A stretch of DNA of 63,931 nt, counting the filler, from Octopus bimaculoides (taxonomy: Eukaryota), in NCBI RefSeq assembly GCF_001194135.2. It is 6 parts of 6 records of this genome, joined end to end, with 100 filler letters (N's around TTAATTAATTAA, not from the genome) between each part and the next. Parts side by side here need not be neighbours in the genome. Positions count along the whole stretch, not along the records: positions 1 to 27,306 come from NC_069005.1; 5 more parts are not named here. One strand, 5' to 3'. Below the pieces are notes generated by a model. The model ran no database searches. It saw only the letters and a list, made by a program, of their open reading frames with translations, and had not been told where the DNA came from. This document shows, piece after piece, positions 10,281-21,210 of this stretch. Within the stretch, counting starts at the first letter, position 1. Each line of letters begins with the position of its first letter. The position numbers and the translations under genes are program-made.

Positions 10281-10661
10281 AGGCAAGAATACATGACCGT
10301 GTGGTAAGAAGCTTGCTTTCCAACCTCATGGTTCCAGGTTCAGTTGCTCAGCATGGCACCTTGGGTGAGTGTTTTCTATAGCCTCGGGCCGACCAAAGCC
10401 TTTTAAGTGGATTTGGTAGATGGAAACTGAAAGAAGTCTGTTGTGTGGGTGTGTATCTATGTCTGTGTTTGTTCCCTCATCACCACTTGGCAATTGGAGT
10501 TGGTGTGTTTATGCCCTTGTAACTTAGTGGTTCAGCAAAAGAAACTGATAGAATAAGTACTAGGCCCAAAAAATAAGTCTTGGAGTCAATTTATTTGACT
10601 AAAAGCCCTAGGGCAGTGCTCCAGCATGGCCACAGTCAATGACTGAAACATGTAAAAGAAT

Positions 10662-10665
<4 letters not shown>
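10281..10665 (+). mobile_element. tRNA-derived SINE family S2, full length
   Basis: A/B-box-like head (gtgtggtaagaagcttgc...ggttcagtt), central microsatellite, tail cagcatggccacagtcaatgactgaaac. Confidence 0.8.
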
Positions 10666-10704
<39 letters not shown>

Positions 10705-10735
10705 ATGTATAGATGTATAAATCAAAAAAACTTAC

Positions 10736-10928
10736 CGTATATGTGCCATAGATTTCAAAGACATGCTTTAAAATAGAGGCTGGACGTCTAAGATGCTTTT
10801 CTTTGCTTTTGCACTGGTTGGCTGTGAAGTTCTTTGGAATGGTCTCGGTAATGGCATCAGCCAACATCTTAAAGATCAATCGATTGATCTGACTGTAATT
10901 AGCTTTCTGGTTGTTATCAAATGGGAAA
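10736..10928 (-). CDS. CPD: CPD visible exon 12 (repeat III)
   Basis: ttcttccag|T ... ACG|gtaagt; DFPFDNNQKANYSQINRLIFKMLADAI...FEIYGTYT; 193 nt. Confidence 0.92.
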
Positions 10929-11254
10929 CTGGAAGAACGAGAATGAAGGAAATAACGTTATAACGAAATGATAGAGAGACACAGAGAGAGAGACAGACAG
11001 ACAGACAGGTAAATAGGCAGAGAGAGGGAGATTTATGAAATACAAACAGATAGACAGACACAAGATAAAGAGAGAACGAGTGGGAAAATTATACACTAAT
11101 ATGTGTTGTTGGAGGTGAATTAATGTAAAGGAGACTGAAAGGAGGAGGCAACAACAACAACATTGAATGGATTAAGGGAAAGATTGATAAATAAAGTTGG
11201 AACGTCCAATGGTGCTGAGACTTATTTTATTGTATGACAAGAAGTAGAATTATG

Positions 11255-11655
11255 TAATAGTATGGTGGATCAATGAGGCTATAATATTCCTGTGTAAAAC
11301 TGGTGTTGTAATTGTATGGTGGACCAGTGGTGTTATGATATTGCTGTGTGTGGTAGAGTAATGATGTAACTGAATAGTGAACTAGTAGTGCTATGATATT
11401 GGTGTGTAAAGATAGTGATGTAATTGTATGGTGGACCAGTGGTGCTATAATATTGGTGTGTGAAAACAGAGTGATGTTGTAATTGTATGGTGGACCATTG
11501 GTGCTATAATAGTGATGTGTGAAGAGAGAGAGAGAGAGAGAGTGATATAGTTATATGGTTGATCAGTGGTGCTATAATACTTGTGTGTGAGTATAGAGTG
11601 ATGTAGTTGTATGGTGGCCCAGTGGTGCCATAATATTGATTCACAAAGATAGAGT
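11255..11655. repeat. Degenerate minisatellite, ~7 units of about 55-65 bp
   Basis: Recurrent gtgatgtaRttgtatggtggaccagtggtgctataatatt. Confidence 0.85.
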
Positions 11656-11834
11656 GATGATATATTGAATAATGTACTCCGAGGTAGACTTTTGCTGAAA
11701 ACAACACCAAGTGATAAGAGCGGGAATATTTTCTATTATCAGTCTGCTCAGTCACGGCCGACCTGTGGCTAACAACAATTCATGCATGTTCGTGTAACTA
11801 AACATACTTAAAAACCAATATTAACAGTACTTAC

Positions 11835-11926
11835 TCCACAGTTTTGCCGTCAGCTTCAAGACTGAGGGCCTGAGTAAAACGGTTTCTGCTGAATGCTTTC
11901 ATTAAAAGAGGTTTCACAGATCTGCT
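11835..11926 (-). CDS. CPD: CPD visible exon 11 (repeat III)
   Basis: tttttag|AGC ... GA|gtaagt; SRSVKPLLMKAFSRNRFTQALSLEADGKTV; 92 nt, phase 0 to 2. Confidence 0.88.
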
Positions 11927-12033
11927 CTAAAAAGTAAAGAGAAATACATGGCTGCAGTCAAATGAGTGAAATGGCTGAAAGAACAGAATAAAAGAATAAG
12001 ATATATGCATATGTGTGTGTGTGTGTGAATGTA

Positions 12034-12261
12034 TTGGGTTGTCCGGAAAGTTCGTGCCGATTTATAGTAGCTTACCTTTCGACTTATTTGCCATGAAACC
12101 ACCTCAGTTCTGGGAAGAAGGTATTTTCAAGTTAAAGGAAAGATGGAGACGCATTGTGCAACAAAATGGTTCATATTTGGTTGATTAAAAACGTAATGGC
12201 AAGTATTTATTGACCTTTTTCTTACCTTTAAAAATCGGCATGAACTTTCCGGACAACCCGA
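12034..12261 (+). mobile_element. 228-bp internally deleted mariner element with both TIRs and TA duplications
   Basis: TA|ttgggttgtccggaaagttcgtgccgattt ... aaatcggcatgaactttccggacaacccga|TA; retains MKPPQFWEEGIFKLKERWRRIVQQNGSYLVD* (mariner C-terminus). Confidence 0.9.
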
Positions 12262-12537
12262 TATATTCTTGCGTGTCCTGGTGTAAACACTCTTAGGTAT
12301 TTACATCACTAAAGGGAGGCAACTCAATAAAACTACAGTAACTACATCAATCAATAAATTGTGATCAATAAGGTGGTGCTCCAGCATGGCCACAGTCAAA
12401 TGACTGAAACAAGTAAAAGAGTAATAAAATAAGAGCCAAACTAATTACTGAGTGGTCAACATAAGCAAGCAACAACAACAAAGAAAATGGCTACATTCCA
12501 ATGAATGGAATCGTAAGTGATAAATTTCTTCACTTAC

Positions 12538-12695
12538 CATTTTATGTTTTGTACTGGAAGACTGATGTGTTTGGTTTTGAGTCAAACAGGAGCCAGGCTT
12601 TGCCATGTGTAGCATCTCTAAGTTTAAGGTTGGATATATGAAGATGTGGGTGTTTTCTAATAAGTTTCTGATGCTTGTGTCGTTATTTCTGTAAC
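12538..12695 (-). CDS. CPD: CPD visible exon 10 (repeat III)
   Basis: gttaaag|GT ... ATG|gtaagt; GYRNNDTSIRNLLENTHIFIYPTLNLEMLHMAKPGSC...; 158 nt. Confidence 0.92.
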
Positions 12696-12734
12696 CTTTA
12701 ACAGATTGAAACAGCAAAATTAAATACAAACATA

Positions 12735-13130
12735 CACAGGGTGGCCCAAAAGTAGGTTTACAGTTATCACGTAGGCACTTTAAATCTCTTTAAAAATATT
12801 TTATTACGTTTAAATTTCTATCTTACGATCGTATTGTTTCTGCACATCTTAAACAGACAATGTTTAAATCTCCCAGACGCTCAAAATGTCCTCCTTCAAG
12901 CCTCTTCAGAACACTGACACACAGTGCAGCACAAATTCCAATCTCCATCAATTTCGGTGAATGCATCAGAAATGGAATCTTTTAATTCATTTACTGTTTT
13001 GGGATTCTTCTCATAAACCTTGTTCTTTACAACACCCCGCAAAAAAGAAATCCATTGCTGTCAGGTCAGGTGAATGTGGTGGCCATTGGATGCTGCCCCC
13101 TCTTCCAAACCAACGCTGTGGAAAGGTACT
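12735..13130 (-). mobile_element. Tc1/mariner-superfamily 3' fragment with TIR
   Basis: Minus strand FPQRWFGRGGSIQWPPHSPDLTAMDFF...VVKNKVYEKNPKTVNELKDSI; TIR-like cagggtggcccaaaagtagg at the left end. Confidence 0.85.
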
Positions 13131-13401
13131 CTCTTGGTAGATATCATTATAATATATATACATATATATATATATAGATAGATAGATAAAATCTCTCTCT
13201 CTCTCTCTCTACTATCTATCTGAGTTCAATTCCAGGCCAGGCACTAAGGTGAATCACAAGACACCTGAAGTAGGTTGGAGTGTATAATAGCCAAAACAAA
13301 GTGAAAACAACAATCAAGGTGAGAACATCACTCCGACTACGTAAAATAAAATTCCTCATCTCACAAATCTAAGGAGATATTCCTGTAAAACAGAAACTTA
13401 C

Positions 13402-13787
13402 CAAGAGATAAATATTTAATGAGTCTCATTAAAATTTCACTGGTGACAGGTTCGTCTCCGTTTATGTTTGCCATCAGAGCAATTCTAGGTTTCAATGACC
13501 CCGGGGAGTTCTCTTTGTTGGCGCTCATGTGGACTTCCATCAGGGTTAGCCTCGAGGCCTTGCCTCGTGTCTCCGTGTAGCTTAAGATGTCACTGTTGAA
13601 AGACGACAACCCTTGAAGGTATCGTCGGATTTTGGGCAGGAGCAAATAGTGCGGACCCTCAGCATTTTTCCTCAGAAGGAATTCGGTTTCGTTCAGTAAT
13701 GCTATGCTTGAGTTAACCATTAGGGTGAAATTAAGAACCACTGCGGCCCCTTCGGAAACCTTGATCTGAGCAGTCTCTGATATGTAA
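13402..13787 (-). CDS. CPD: CPD visible exon 9 (end of repeat II, start of repeat III)
   Basis: catttcag|T ... CTT G|gtaagt; YISETAQIKVSEGAAVVLNFTL...KPRIALMANINGDEPVTSEILMRLIKYLSL; 386 nt. Confidence 0.95.
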
Positions 13788-13994
13788 CTGAAATGAAACA
13801 AAAAAATGCAAATTTATTTTTAAAAAAATAAATAAAGAGAAAAAAGAAAACAACACTGCTTACTTTTGATGTACCCATGCCCCTTCTTTTCCACTCTGTG
13901 GCTACAGGTTTTGGGGCCAATCCCAGTTCACAACATCTTGACTTAATGCCATCTACACTAACCTGACAAATATTTTGTGAGTAGAGGATCATAG

Positions 13995-14240
13995 CGATGA
14001 TGATGATGATGATGATGGTTGTGATAATGATGATGATGATAATTGTGATAATGATGATGATGATAATTGTGATAATGAAATTGGTGGTATTGATGATGTA
14101 GATGATTATTATGATGATGATGATGACAATGAGGACAAGGAGGATGTGGATGATGATGATAGTGACAGTGAAGTGATGACAATGTCCAAGACAATAATGA
14201 TTGCAATGATGCTAATGATGATGGGATTGCAATGACACTA
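13995..14240. repeat. Imperfect (GAT)n/(GAC)n trinucleotide tract
   Basis: Directly visible. Confidence 0.85.
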
Positions 14241-14296
14241 TGCTAATTTTTTGGTCATCCCAGACCACAAAATATTCCAGAGAAGAATCAACTCAC

Positions 14297-14466
14297 CCAA
14301 ACTTTGAAGCAGTGATTTCATATTTGTCCGGCGCCAGAAGTCTCCAATAATCACCATCATTTCCAGTCACCACGTCATGGTCAATTCCTGACACTGATAT
14401 TTTGACATTGGACAGGAATTGACCCGTCATTTTGTTTTGGACAAAGCCTCGAACACCTTTATGAAT
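14297..14466 (-). CDS. CPD: CPD visible exon 8: repeat II transthyretin-like subdomain
   Basis: cattccag|ATT ... GG|gtgagt; IHKGVRGFVQNK...DHDVVTGNDGDYWRLLAPDKYEITASKF; 170 nt. Confidence 0.96.
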
Positions 14467-14845
14467 CTGGAATGTAAAATTACATATTTTTCTTTCTTAG
14501 TACCTTATAGGGGTCACAGGTGCAGTTACAAACAAGGATTTCTGAATAAGATTTCTAAATTATTAACCCCATTTTAAAAATATTTATTCCACAGGGGCAG
14601 TGAATTGACAGAAAAAATCAGGACAGCAGAAAAAATGCCTTGTGGTATTTAGTTACATCCTTTTATGTAGAAGCCAGATCAAAATAGATATCAGAGCAAG
14701 ATGCAGTCCTCAGACACACTGGATCCTGTCAAACTGTCCAACCCATGCCAGCATGGAACATGGAAATTAAGTGATGATTATGACGATGATGATGATCATA
14801 GCCTATACTCACTGACTCCCACAAGTGGAAAAAAAGGGGACTTAC

Positions 14846-14988
14846 TTGAGCCATGTATACCAACAAGGAGTACTTATTGTCTTCCCAGTAATCCTGGAGT
14901 CTTGAAGCGTTTGGAAATTTTACACAACTAATCTCAAGAGTGATTTCAAAGCAGTTGGTGTTAAGGTAACTCCAATCTTGCATTCCTC
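14846..14988 (-). CDS. CPD: CPD visible exon 7 (repeat II, catalytic Glu)
   Basis: tttacag|GA ... CAA|gtaagt; [48 protein letters not shown]; 143 nt. Confidence 0.97.
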
Positions 14989-15392
14989 CTGTAAATATCA
15001 AAAGAAGATGAAAAACAGAGTAAACAGAAGGTAAAGGCAGGTGAGATCTGGATAACCGGCTTTCGTGGATGGACTGCTTTGTTGTTAGCAATAAGGTTAC
15101 AACAACTTGCGTGGTAACTTGCACTTTAGGACTGATTAACTGGTACAAGTACCACATAAAACCAAATCATACGACATCTCGAGAGTCAATTATAATTCCA
15201 CAGATATCTCCCTTGTCACTCAACCCAACGTACTCATTAACCTCAATGGTTTTTTTTTTTTTCTCTTTCCTCATTACGGCTATATTTTTGATTAATAAAA
15301 AAAAAAAATTTTCTTGGTTGATTTAGTCTATTAGACCTGAACTAACAATATGATGAAGTTATTTCAAAAAAGATGTAGGATGACAGACTCAC

Positions 15393-15489
15393 CTGCTAAA
15401 CTATACCATTCTGCACCATTGGTTACACCACCAGGAAATCCTTTAGAGACTTTGTCGCATTTCTCCCCTTTGTACATCTTTCGATGAGC
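15393..15489 (-). CDS. CPD: CPD visible exon 6 (repeat II)
   Basis: cattgaag|GCT ... GCA G|gtgagt; AHRKMYKGEKCDKVSKGFPGGVTNGAEWYSLA; 97 nt. Confidence 0.96.
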
Positions 15490-15844
15490 CTTCAATGGAA
15501 ACAAAACACTGATAGTCAGGAGCTGCACACATTTGGATGTATATATATATATATATATCTTTTATTTTCTGCTTGTCCCAGTCATTGGATTGCAGCCATA
15601 GAGGGACAGAAACATGGTGTCTTGTAGGACGTGACAGACATGGCTATTCCAGTTGGAAATGGATAGAAGATGGTTGAAGGGATATCAGGGCATAGCCCCA
15701 AGAGACAGGAATGGGAAGACAAGGGTTCCAGAGGAATGGACAGGATAAATGGATGGGTAAGTTTGTGAAGATGGAAAAGTTGTCAAACGGAAAATGAACT
15801 TGAAAAGAAAAAACAAAAACAATACAATGTAATCTAATACATAC

Positions 15845-16128
15845 GAATGAATAAGATTTGGCCAAGATTTTGAAGACTTTGTCATCTGGAGATTTGCTGT
15901 ACTTATTCTCTCCATTGGGAGTATTGTCAAACGGATAACTGGCAACCAAGGAACCACCATGTAGATTGGCAGACAGTACAAATGGAATTGACTTAAACCA
16001 GGCCATTACGGCTTGGGTTTCTGGCTCAAGTGTCCGTATGAGAGATTCTTCGTCAAACTGGTCTGGGAAATTCCGGTTCAGATCTACATTGTGAGCATTA
16101 GCGCGTCCTCTGAGGTAGGATAAGAACC
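15845..16128 (-). CDS. CPD: CPD visible exon 5 (repeat II; DLNRNF and SANLHGG)
   Basis: ctccaacag|GG ... TTC|gtatgt; [20 protein letters not shown]...[34 protein letters not shown]...; 284 nt. Confidence 0.97.
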
Positions 16129-16326
16129 CTGTTGGAGGAAATGGTAATTTTTAGAGAAAAATAGGAAAATGGAATTCAGAAAGGAGAAAAGAAATTAAAT
16201 GGGAAGATGGGGAGGGGGATATTGAAAAAATAAAGGCAGAAAGTAAATAAGATTAAAAGAGATTTCATCGAAAAGTATTTGAAATGAAAAATAATCAATA
16301 AGGGGGAGACAAATGTGGTTGCTGTA

Positions 16327-16683
16327 TTTACCCCCTTAGTGAAGACAGAGGTATTGTTTTCAGTCGTGTTTGTTTGTTTGTTTGTCTGTCCGTGGACAAG
16401 ATATCTCAAGAATCACAGGATGGATTCAAATGAAACTTTCAGGAATGGTTGGCCTCGTGACTGACACAAACTGATTAGATTTTGGGATCAATCCAGTACC
16501 AGAGAAGGATTCTGGATTATTTTACCGTTTTTTTACTTAATTTTTTAGAGCAGTCTGGTTCAGTTTGTGAGAGCAGTTGAGTTTATTTCAGATATTCCCA
16601 TTTTAAAAATCATCTCTGGCTAATCGTTGAGAGGACGTTGGTGTTGCCTTGGCGGAGATTTGCGCTCTCTGAGTGCACTTGTT
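16327..16683 (+). mobile_element. Non-autonomous Helentron/Helitron-type element (HINE-like)
   Basis: 5' (TTTG)n(TCTG) microsatellite near start and 3' end ccttggcggagatttgcgctctctgagtgcacttgtt, the architecture typical of HINE/DINE-like elements. Confidence 0.6.
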
Positions 16684-16760
16684 AATGTTTTGTTGTTATT
16701 TTGCTGTGTTTGATGTTTTATTCTTTAGCTCCTTGTCAGCTTTGGCGAGCAGACTTACAA

Positions 16761-17155
16761 AAACCTTTAGCATTCAAATCAACCACACCTGGACTGATCA
16801 TTCTACTCATTTAATGTTCAAACTGACCAGATCCAGCTTCTCACACACATCCTACATTGTCAGTCTAAAAATAAACAATCACAGGCATTATTTCAAAGCT
16901 ATGAAATAATGCAAGATTAATCCAAAACAATGTAAATAAATAAACATTACATCTTGCAGAGTAATCTGAATGCTAAAGGGTTACTGTTTAAACTAGCCAG
17001 ATCCAACCTCTCACACTTACCCTACAATGTCATTCTAAAAATATACAATCACATCGTTGAAATCTCAAAGCTACGAGATAATGCACGATTAATCCAAAAC
17101 AATGTGAATAGATAAGAATTACATCTGACAGAGTAATCTGAATAATAAAAGGATA
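16761..17155 (+). mobile_element. piggyBac-type MITE plus a tandem partial copy
   Basis: Ends cctttagcattca ... tgaatgctaaagggtta; a second, 5'-truncated copy follows at 16984-17155; same family as 61388-61608. Confidence 0.75.
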
Positions 17156-17337
17156 AAGATATTCCAACCACAACTAACCTTCCTTTTAGGTATAATTTGA
17201 GAGAAATTTAGCTGCAACTTCTAACACATTAAGCACTGACCACGAAGACCACTACCCTTCACACACACCCACTACCTCCACCCCACCGCAAGGTGAAGAA
17301 ACAAAAATCACAAAAATAAATAGATTTTCATACTGAC

Positions 17338-17529
17338 CCTTTGTGGAGTTCTCAAAGCCGTCTGGATTCATGGAAGGCATCAAGTGAATCCTGATTGTGT
17401 TAACCAAACTTGTTAACAGAGAATTCCTGCCATAGTTCTCACAGAGTAATTGTGCCAGCAACAACAGCATTTCACGTCCAACAGCCTCGTTGCCATGCAT
17501 ATTAGCAATGTAGCGGAATTCGGGTTTGC
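17338..17529 (-). CDS. CPD: CPD visible exon 4 (repeat II, HGNE zinc motif)
   Basis: atttgcag|GC ... AAG G|gtcagt; [33 protein letters not shown]...[16 protein letters not shown]; 192 nt. Confidence 0.97.
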
Positions 17530-17565
17530 CTGCAAATTAGAAGATAGGGCTCAAGATGGCTACTA

Positions 17566-17608
<43 letters not shown>

Positions 17609-17769
17609 TAGAAAGGATTGAGGTAACTCCTCCTGAAGATATAGAGTCAAAATTAAAAGAAGAGTGCCATTGTTATCCAGTGAATGATATTTCGACATCT
17701 TGTGTGTCTTCAACTGGTTCAAAAAATAATAATGATAATAATAATAATAATAATAATAATTAATAATAG

Positions 17770-17980
17770 TCCTTTCTACTATAGACACAAGGCCTGAAAT
17801 TTGAGTGTAGGGGGATAGTCGATTACATTGACCCCAGTGCTCAACTGGTACTTATTTTATCAATCTCAAAAGGATGAAAGGCAAAGTCGACCTCACAGGA
17901 ATTCGAACTCAAAATGTAAAGAAGGACAAAAATACCACAAAACATTTTGTCTGCCATGCTAATGATTCTGCCAGCTTGCT
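17770..17980 (-). mobile_element. tRNA-derived SINE family S1
   Basis: Head gctggcagaatcattagc, B-box gagttcgaattcc, core gaggtcgactttgcctttcatcc...gataataaaataagtaccag, ends in (TTA)n. Confidence 0.8.
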
Positions 17981-18144
17981 TATGATAAAGATAATGGATT
18001 GGTAAAATTGTTAGATTCACACAGAAAATACCCTGGGGCATTTGCTTTTATTTTTATTTTTATTTTTTTTATGTTGTGAGTTCAAATCCTTCCAGATGAT
18101 TTTATGAATAGCTCAACACATCGGAACAGAAAACAAAACCTTAC

Positions 18145-18464
18145 CTGGCATATGAACTCCAGGTTTGTTAGTTATTTCTAACACCCAAAGATCTCGCTTT
18201 TGAACGGACTTGCCCAAGGAGTAAAGTCGAGTAATATGAGGGCACCTGTCGACAATGGTCTTCAAGAGCTCTTCAAGTTCCTCAAAGTGATGATATTCAA
18301 ATGTTGTTGGTTCTAGAAACTGCAAAGCCTGGCGAGTGTCTGTAATTTCCAGCCTTTCTATCTCTTCAATGAGCCACTGTCTACTCCCGGGCTGAGATTG
18401 AACTGACGACAGAGACCTTTGCTTTGTAATGGAAAACTCTGTTGGTACTACGGAGGGATTGTCG
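18145..18464 (-). CDS. CPD: CPD visible exon 3 (linker and start of repeat II)
   Basis: gctttcag|C ... CCA G|gtaagg; ...FLEPTTFEYHHFEELEELLKTIVDRCPHITRLYSLGKSVQKRDLWVLEITNKPGVHMP; 320 nt. Confidence 0.96.
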
Positions 18465-18890
18465 CTGAAAGCAAAAAGCAAAAACACAAATAGGCACCAG
18501 CATGACCGCATGGTTGAGAAGCTCATTTTGAAACTGCATGGCTTTGGGTTCAGTCCCATTGCACAGCATCTTCGGTAAGGGTCAGCCCTAGGCTGATCTA
18601 AGTTTTGTGAGTGAATTTGATAGACAAAAACTTGTGTGTGCGTGTGCGTGTGCGTGTGCGTGTGTGTGTGTGTGTGTGTTACAGGGATGTAAGCACACCA
18701 ACATATAACAAGTGATTAAATAAATATATTCACCTTTCCTATCACCTGACTTTTAATGGTTTTGTGAACAAAATATTGGACTGACACCTGTGCAGGTGGC
18801 ACATAAAAAAACACCATTTGAGCGTGGCCATTGCCAGTATCGCCAAACTGGCCCTCGTGCCAGTGGCACGTAAAAAGCACCCACTACACT

Positions 18891-19144
18891 CTCTTTTACT
18901 CTTTCACTTGTTTCAGTCATTTGACTGCGGCCATGCTGGAGCACCACCTTTAGTCGAGCAAATCGACTCCAGGACTTATTCTTTGTAAGCCTAGTACTTA
19001 TTCTATCGGTCTCTTTTTGCCGAACCGCTAAGTTACGGGGACATAAACACACCAGCATCGGTTGTCAAGCGAAGTTGGGGGGACAAACACAGACACACAA
19101 TCATATACACACATACATATATACGACGGGCTTCTTTCAGTTTC
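18891..19144 (-). mobile_element. SINE S2, 3' part
   Basis: Reverse complement of the S2 tail (cagtcatttgactgcggccatgctggagcacc...). Confidence 0.8.
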
Positions 19145-19269
19145 TGATAATTTTAGATTGCCAACATACATATATATGCACTCACACATACATATATATC
19201 TATATGATGATGAGGTGGTGGTGATCATGATTATAGTAATGATGGTGATCCCAGAACCAGGCATAAAGG

Positions 19270-20110
19270 GCTAGTAAGGTTACTAGTAACAACAACAACA
19301 GCAGCAGCAGTCACAACACCACTACCACCACCACCACCACCAACAACAACAACACAAACCACTACTACCATCACCACCACCAACAGCAGCAGCAGCAGCA
19401 ATGACAGCAACAGCAGCTGCAGCAGCAACAGCAACCTCTACCACCACCAACAACAACAAGAACAACAACAGCAACAACAACGATGACAGGAAAAAAAGAA
19501 CAGTAGCAACAACAAAATAACAGGGGAGAGGAGGGGGGACTTCCATATGTTTGGAAAATAAGGCATGGTGTACCTTTTCCTCCCCTTCCACCTACCACCA
19601 CTATGGATCTGAGGAAAAACCAAGAAAGAAAAAGGAAGTAGTGGTGATGGGAAGAGCAGGAAATGGGTCAGTTCCTCCTAATAACAATGGTTAAAATAAT
19701 CAGTAATTGAAGCTAATTGTGGAGACGAAAAATTAATGTTTGTCCTTAATTATTTGAACGAAGAACATTGAAAGGAATTAATTAACCACTGGAAATAACT
19801 CCAAATTAGCTTTAGACAAATTATGGAGGGAGTGGCATTTGTGGTGACGGTGGGGGTGGTGATGATGGTGGTGGTGGTGGTTGTAGGGGTGGTGGTGGTG
19901 ATGACTGGAGATAATGATAGTGGAGGTGGTGGTGGAATGGTAGTGCTAGTCATGGTGGTGGTGGTGGCAACACTGGTAGTTATGAATGTTGTGGTGGTGG
20001 TCATGGCCAGTAGCAAGTCGGAGTGGCACCCACAGTGGTGGTGACAGCAGTGGCAAGGAGCAATGGTGGTGGGCATTGGTAACAACAGCTGCAACAGAGC
20101 AGTTGGCAGC
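19270..20110. repeat. Low-complexity triplet region: (CAA/CAG/CAC)n block followed by (GGT/GTG)n block
   Basis: Directly visible at about 19270-19515 and 19840-20110. Confidence 0.8.
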
Positions 20111-20412
20111 AGAGAAAGACACCAAACCCTTTACTTTAGAAGAATGAACAACACAACCATTCTAGTTTCCTTGTCTGATTTCAAATAATGTTGTCCCTGC
20201 CTCACCACCACCACCACCACTAATAGCATCATCATCATCTGTATTTGGTTGGCTCAAGTCTATAGTAGAAGACACTTGCCCAAGGTGCCACACAGTGGGA
20301 ATGAACCCGGAACCATGTGGTTGGGAAGCAAGCCCCTTACCACACAGCCACTCATCAGATACATACATACATCATATATATATATACATACACATACAAT
20401 ATATACATGCAT

Positions 20413-20445
<33 letters not shown>

Positions 20446-20850
20446 CACACGTATATATGTACATATGCACACAAAATGCCTAAAAAACAAAAGATGGGTT
20501 GGTCATGGGTGGAACACTGCTTGATTATTTATAAAGGGAAAAGTTGCTTTTAAATAATAACAACAATGAAATGACAAGAACTACAAATGACATTTTTATA
20601 ACAACAACAAATACAACAATAAAACAACAAAGCCATAACAGAACAATAAGAAACAAACAAATAATCAACAACACAAAAACAAATTCAACAATAAAGACAA
20701 CACAACAACATGGATACTAAAACACAACAGCAGAGCAGTAACAAAAAACATCAAGAATACAATGACAATAACAAGGCTAATGACTACTGACACAATGTGT
20801 AACATTAAAAAACACTGCAAATGTTCAAAAGGCAGAGGAAATATTTTTAC

Positions 20851-20949
20851 CTTTGAGAATCATCAGTCTTCGATTTCCACAGTTTTACTATAGTTTTTAC
20901 ACTTTCTCCTTTGGGTACTGTTACATCTGTGTATGTCACAGTTTTGTAT
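20851..20949 (-). CDS. CPD: CPD visible exon 2 (end of repeat I)
   Basis: tattgtag|A ... AG|gtaaaa; YKTVTYTDVTVPKGESVKTIVKLWKSKTDDSQ; 99 nt, phase 2 to 2. Confidence 0.88.
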
Positions 20950-21210
20950 CTACAATAAATATAATAAAATTAATGACACACAGACAGGCAGTCAAGACAG
21001 TAAGGTGGACAAAAATGAAAAAAAAAAAAAAGAAAAAAGTCCTCCTACCCAAGCATATGTCACTTAAGAACACAAAAAAAAAAAAACANNNNNNNNNNGA
21101 ATGTATTGTGGTCTGTCAAATGCAGTCCAGTTCAGTGGTATTCTACTGTCTTAGCTGTTAATGGTACCCTACCCTTCATGTAGTAGCAATAGGAAAGAGA
21201 TGGAACTTAC

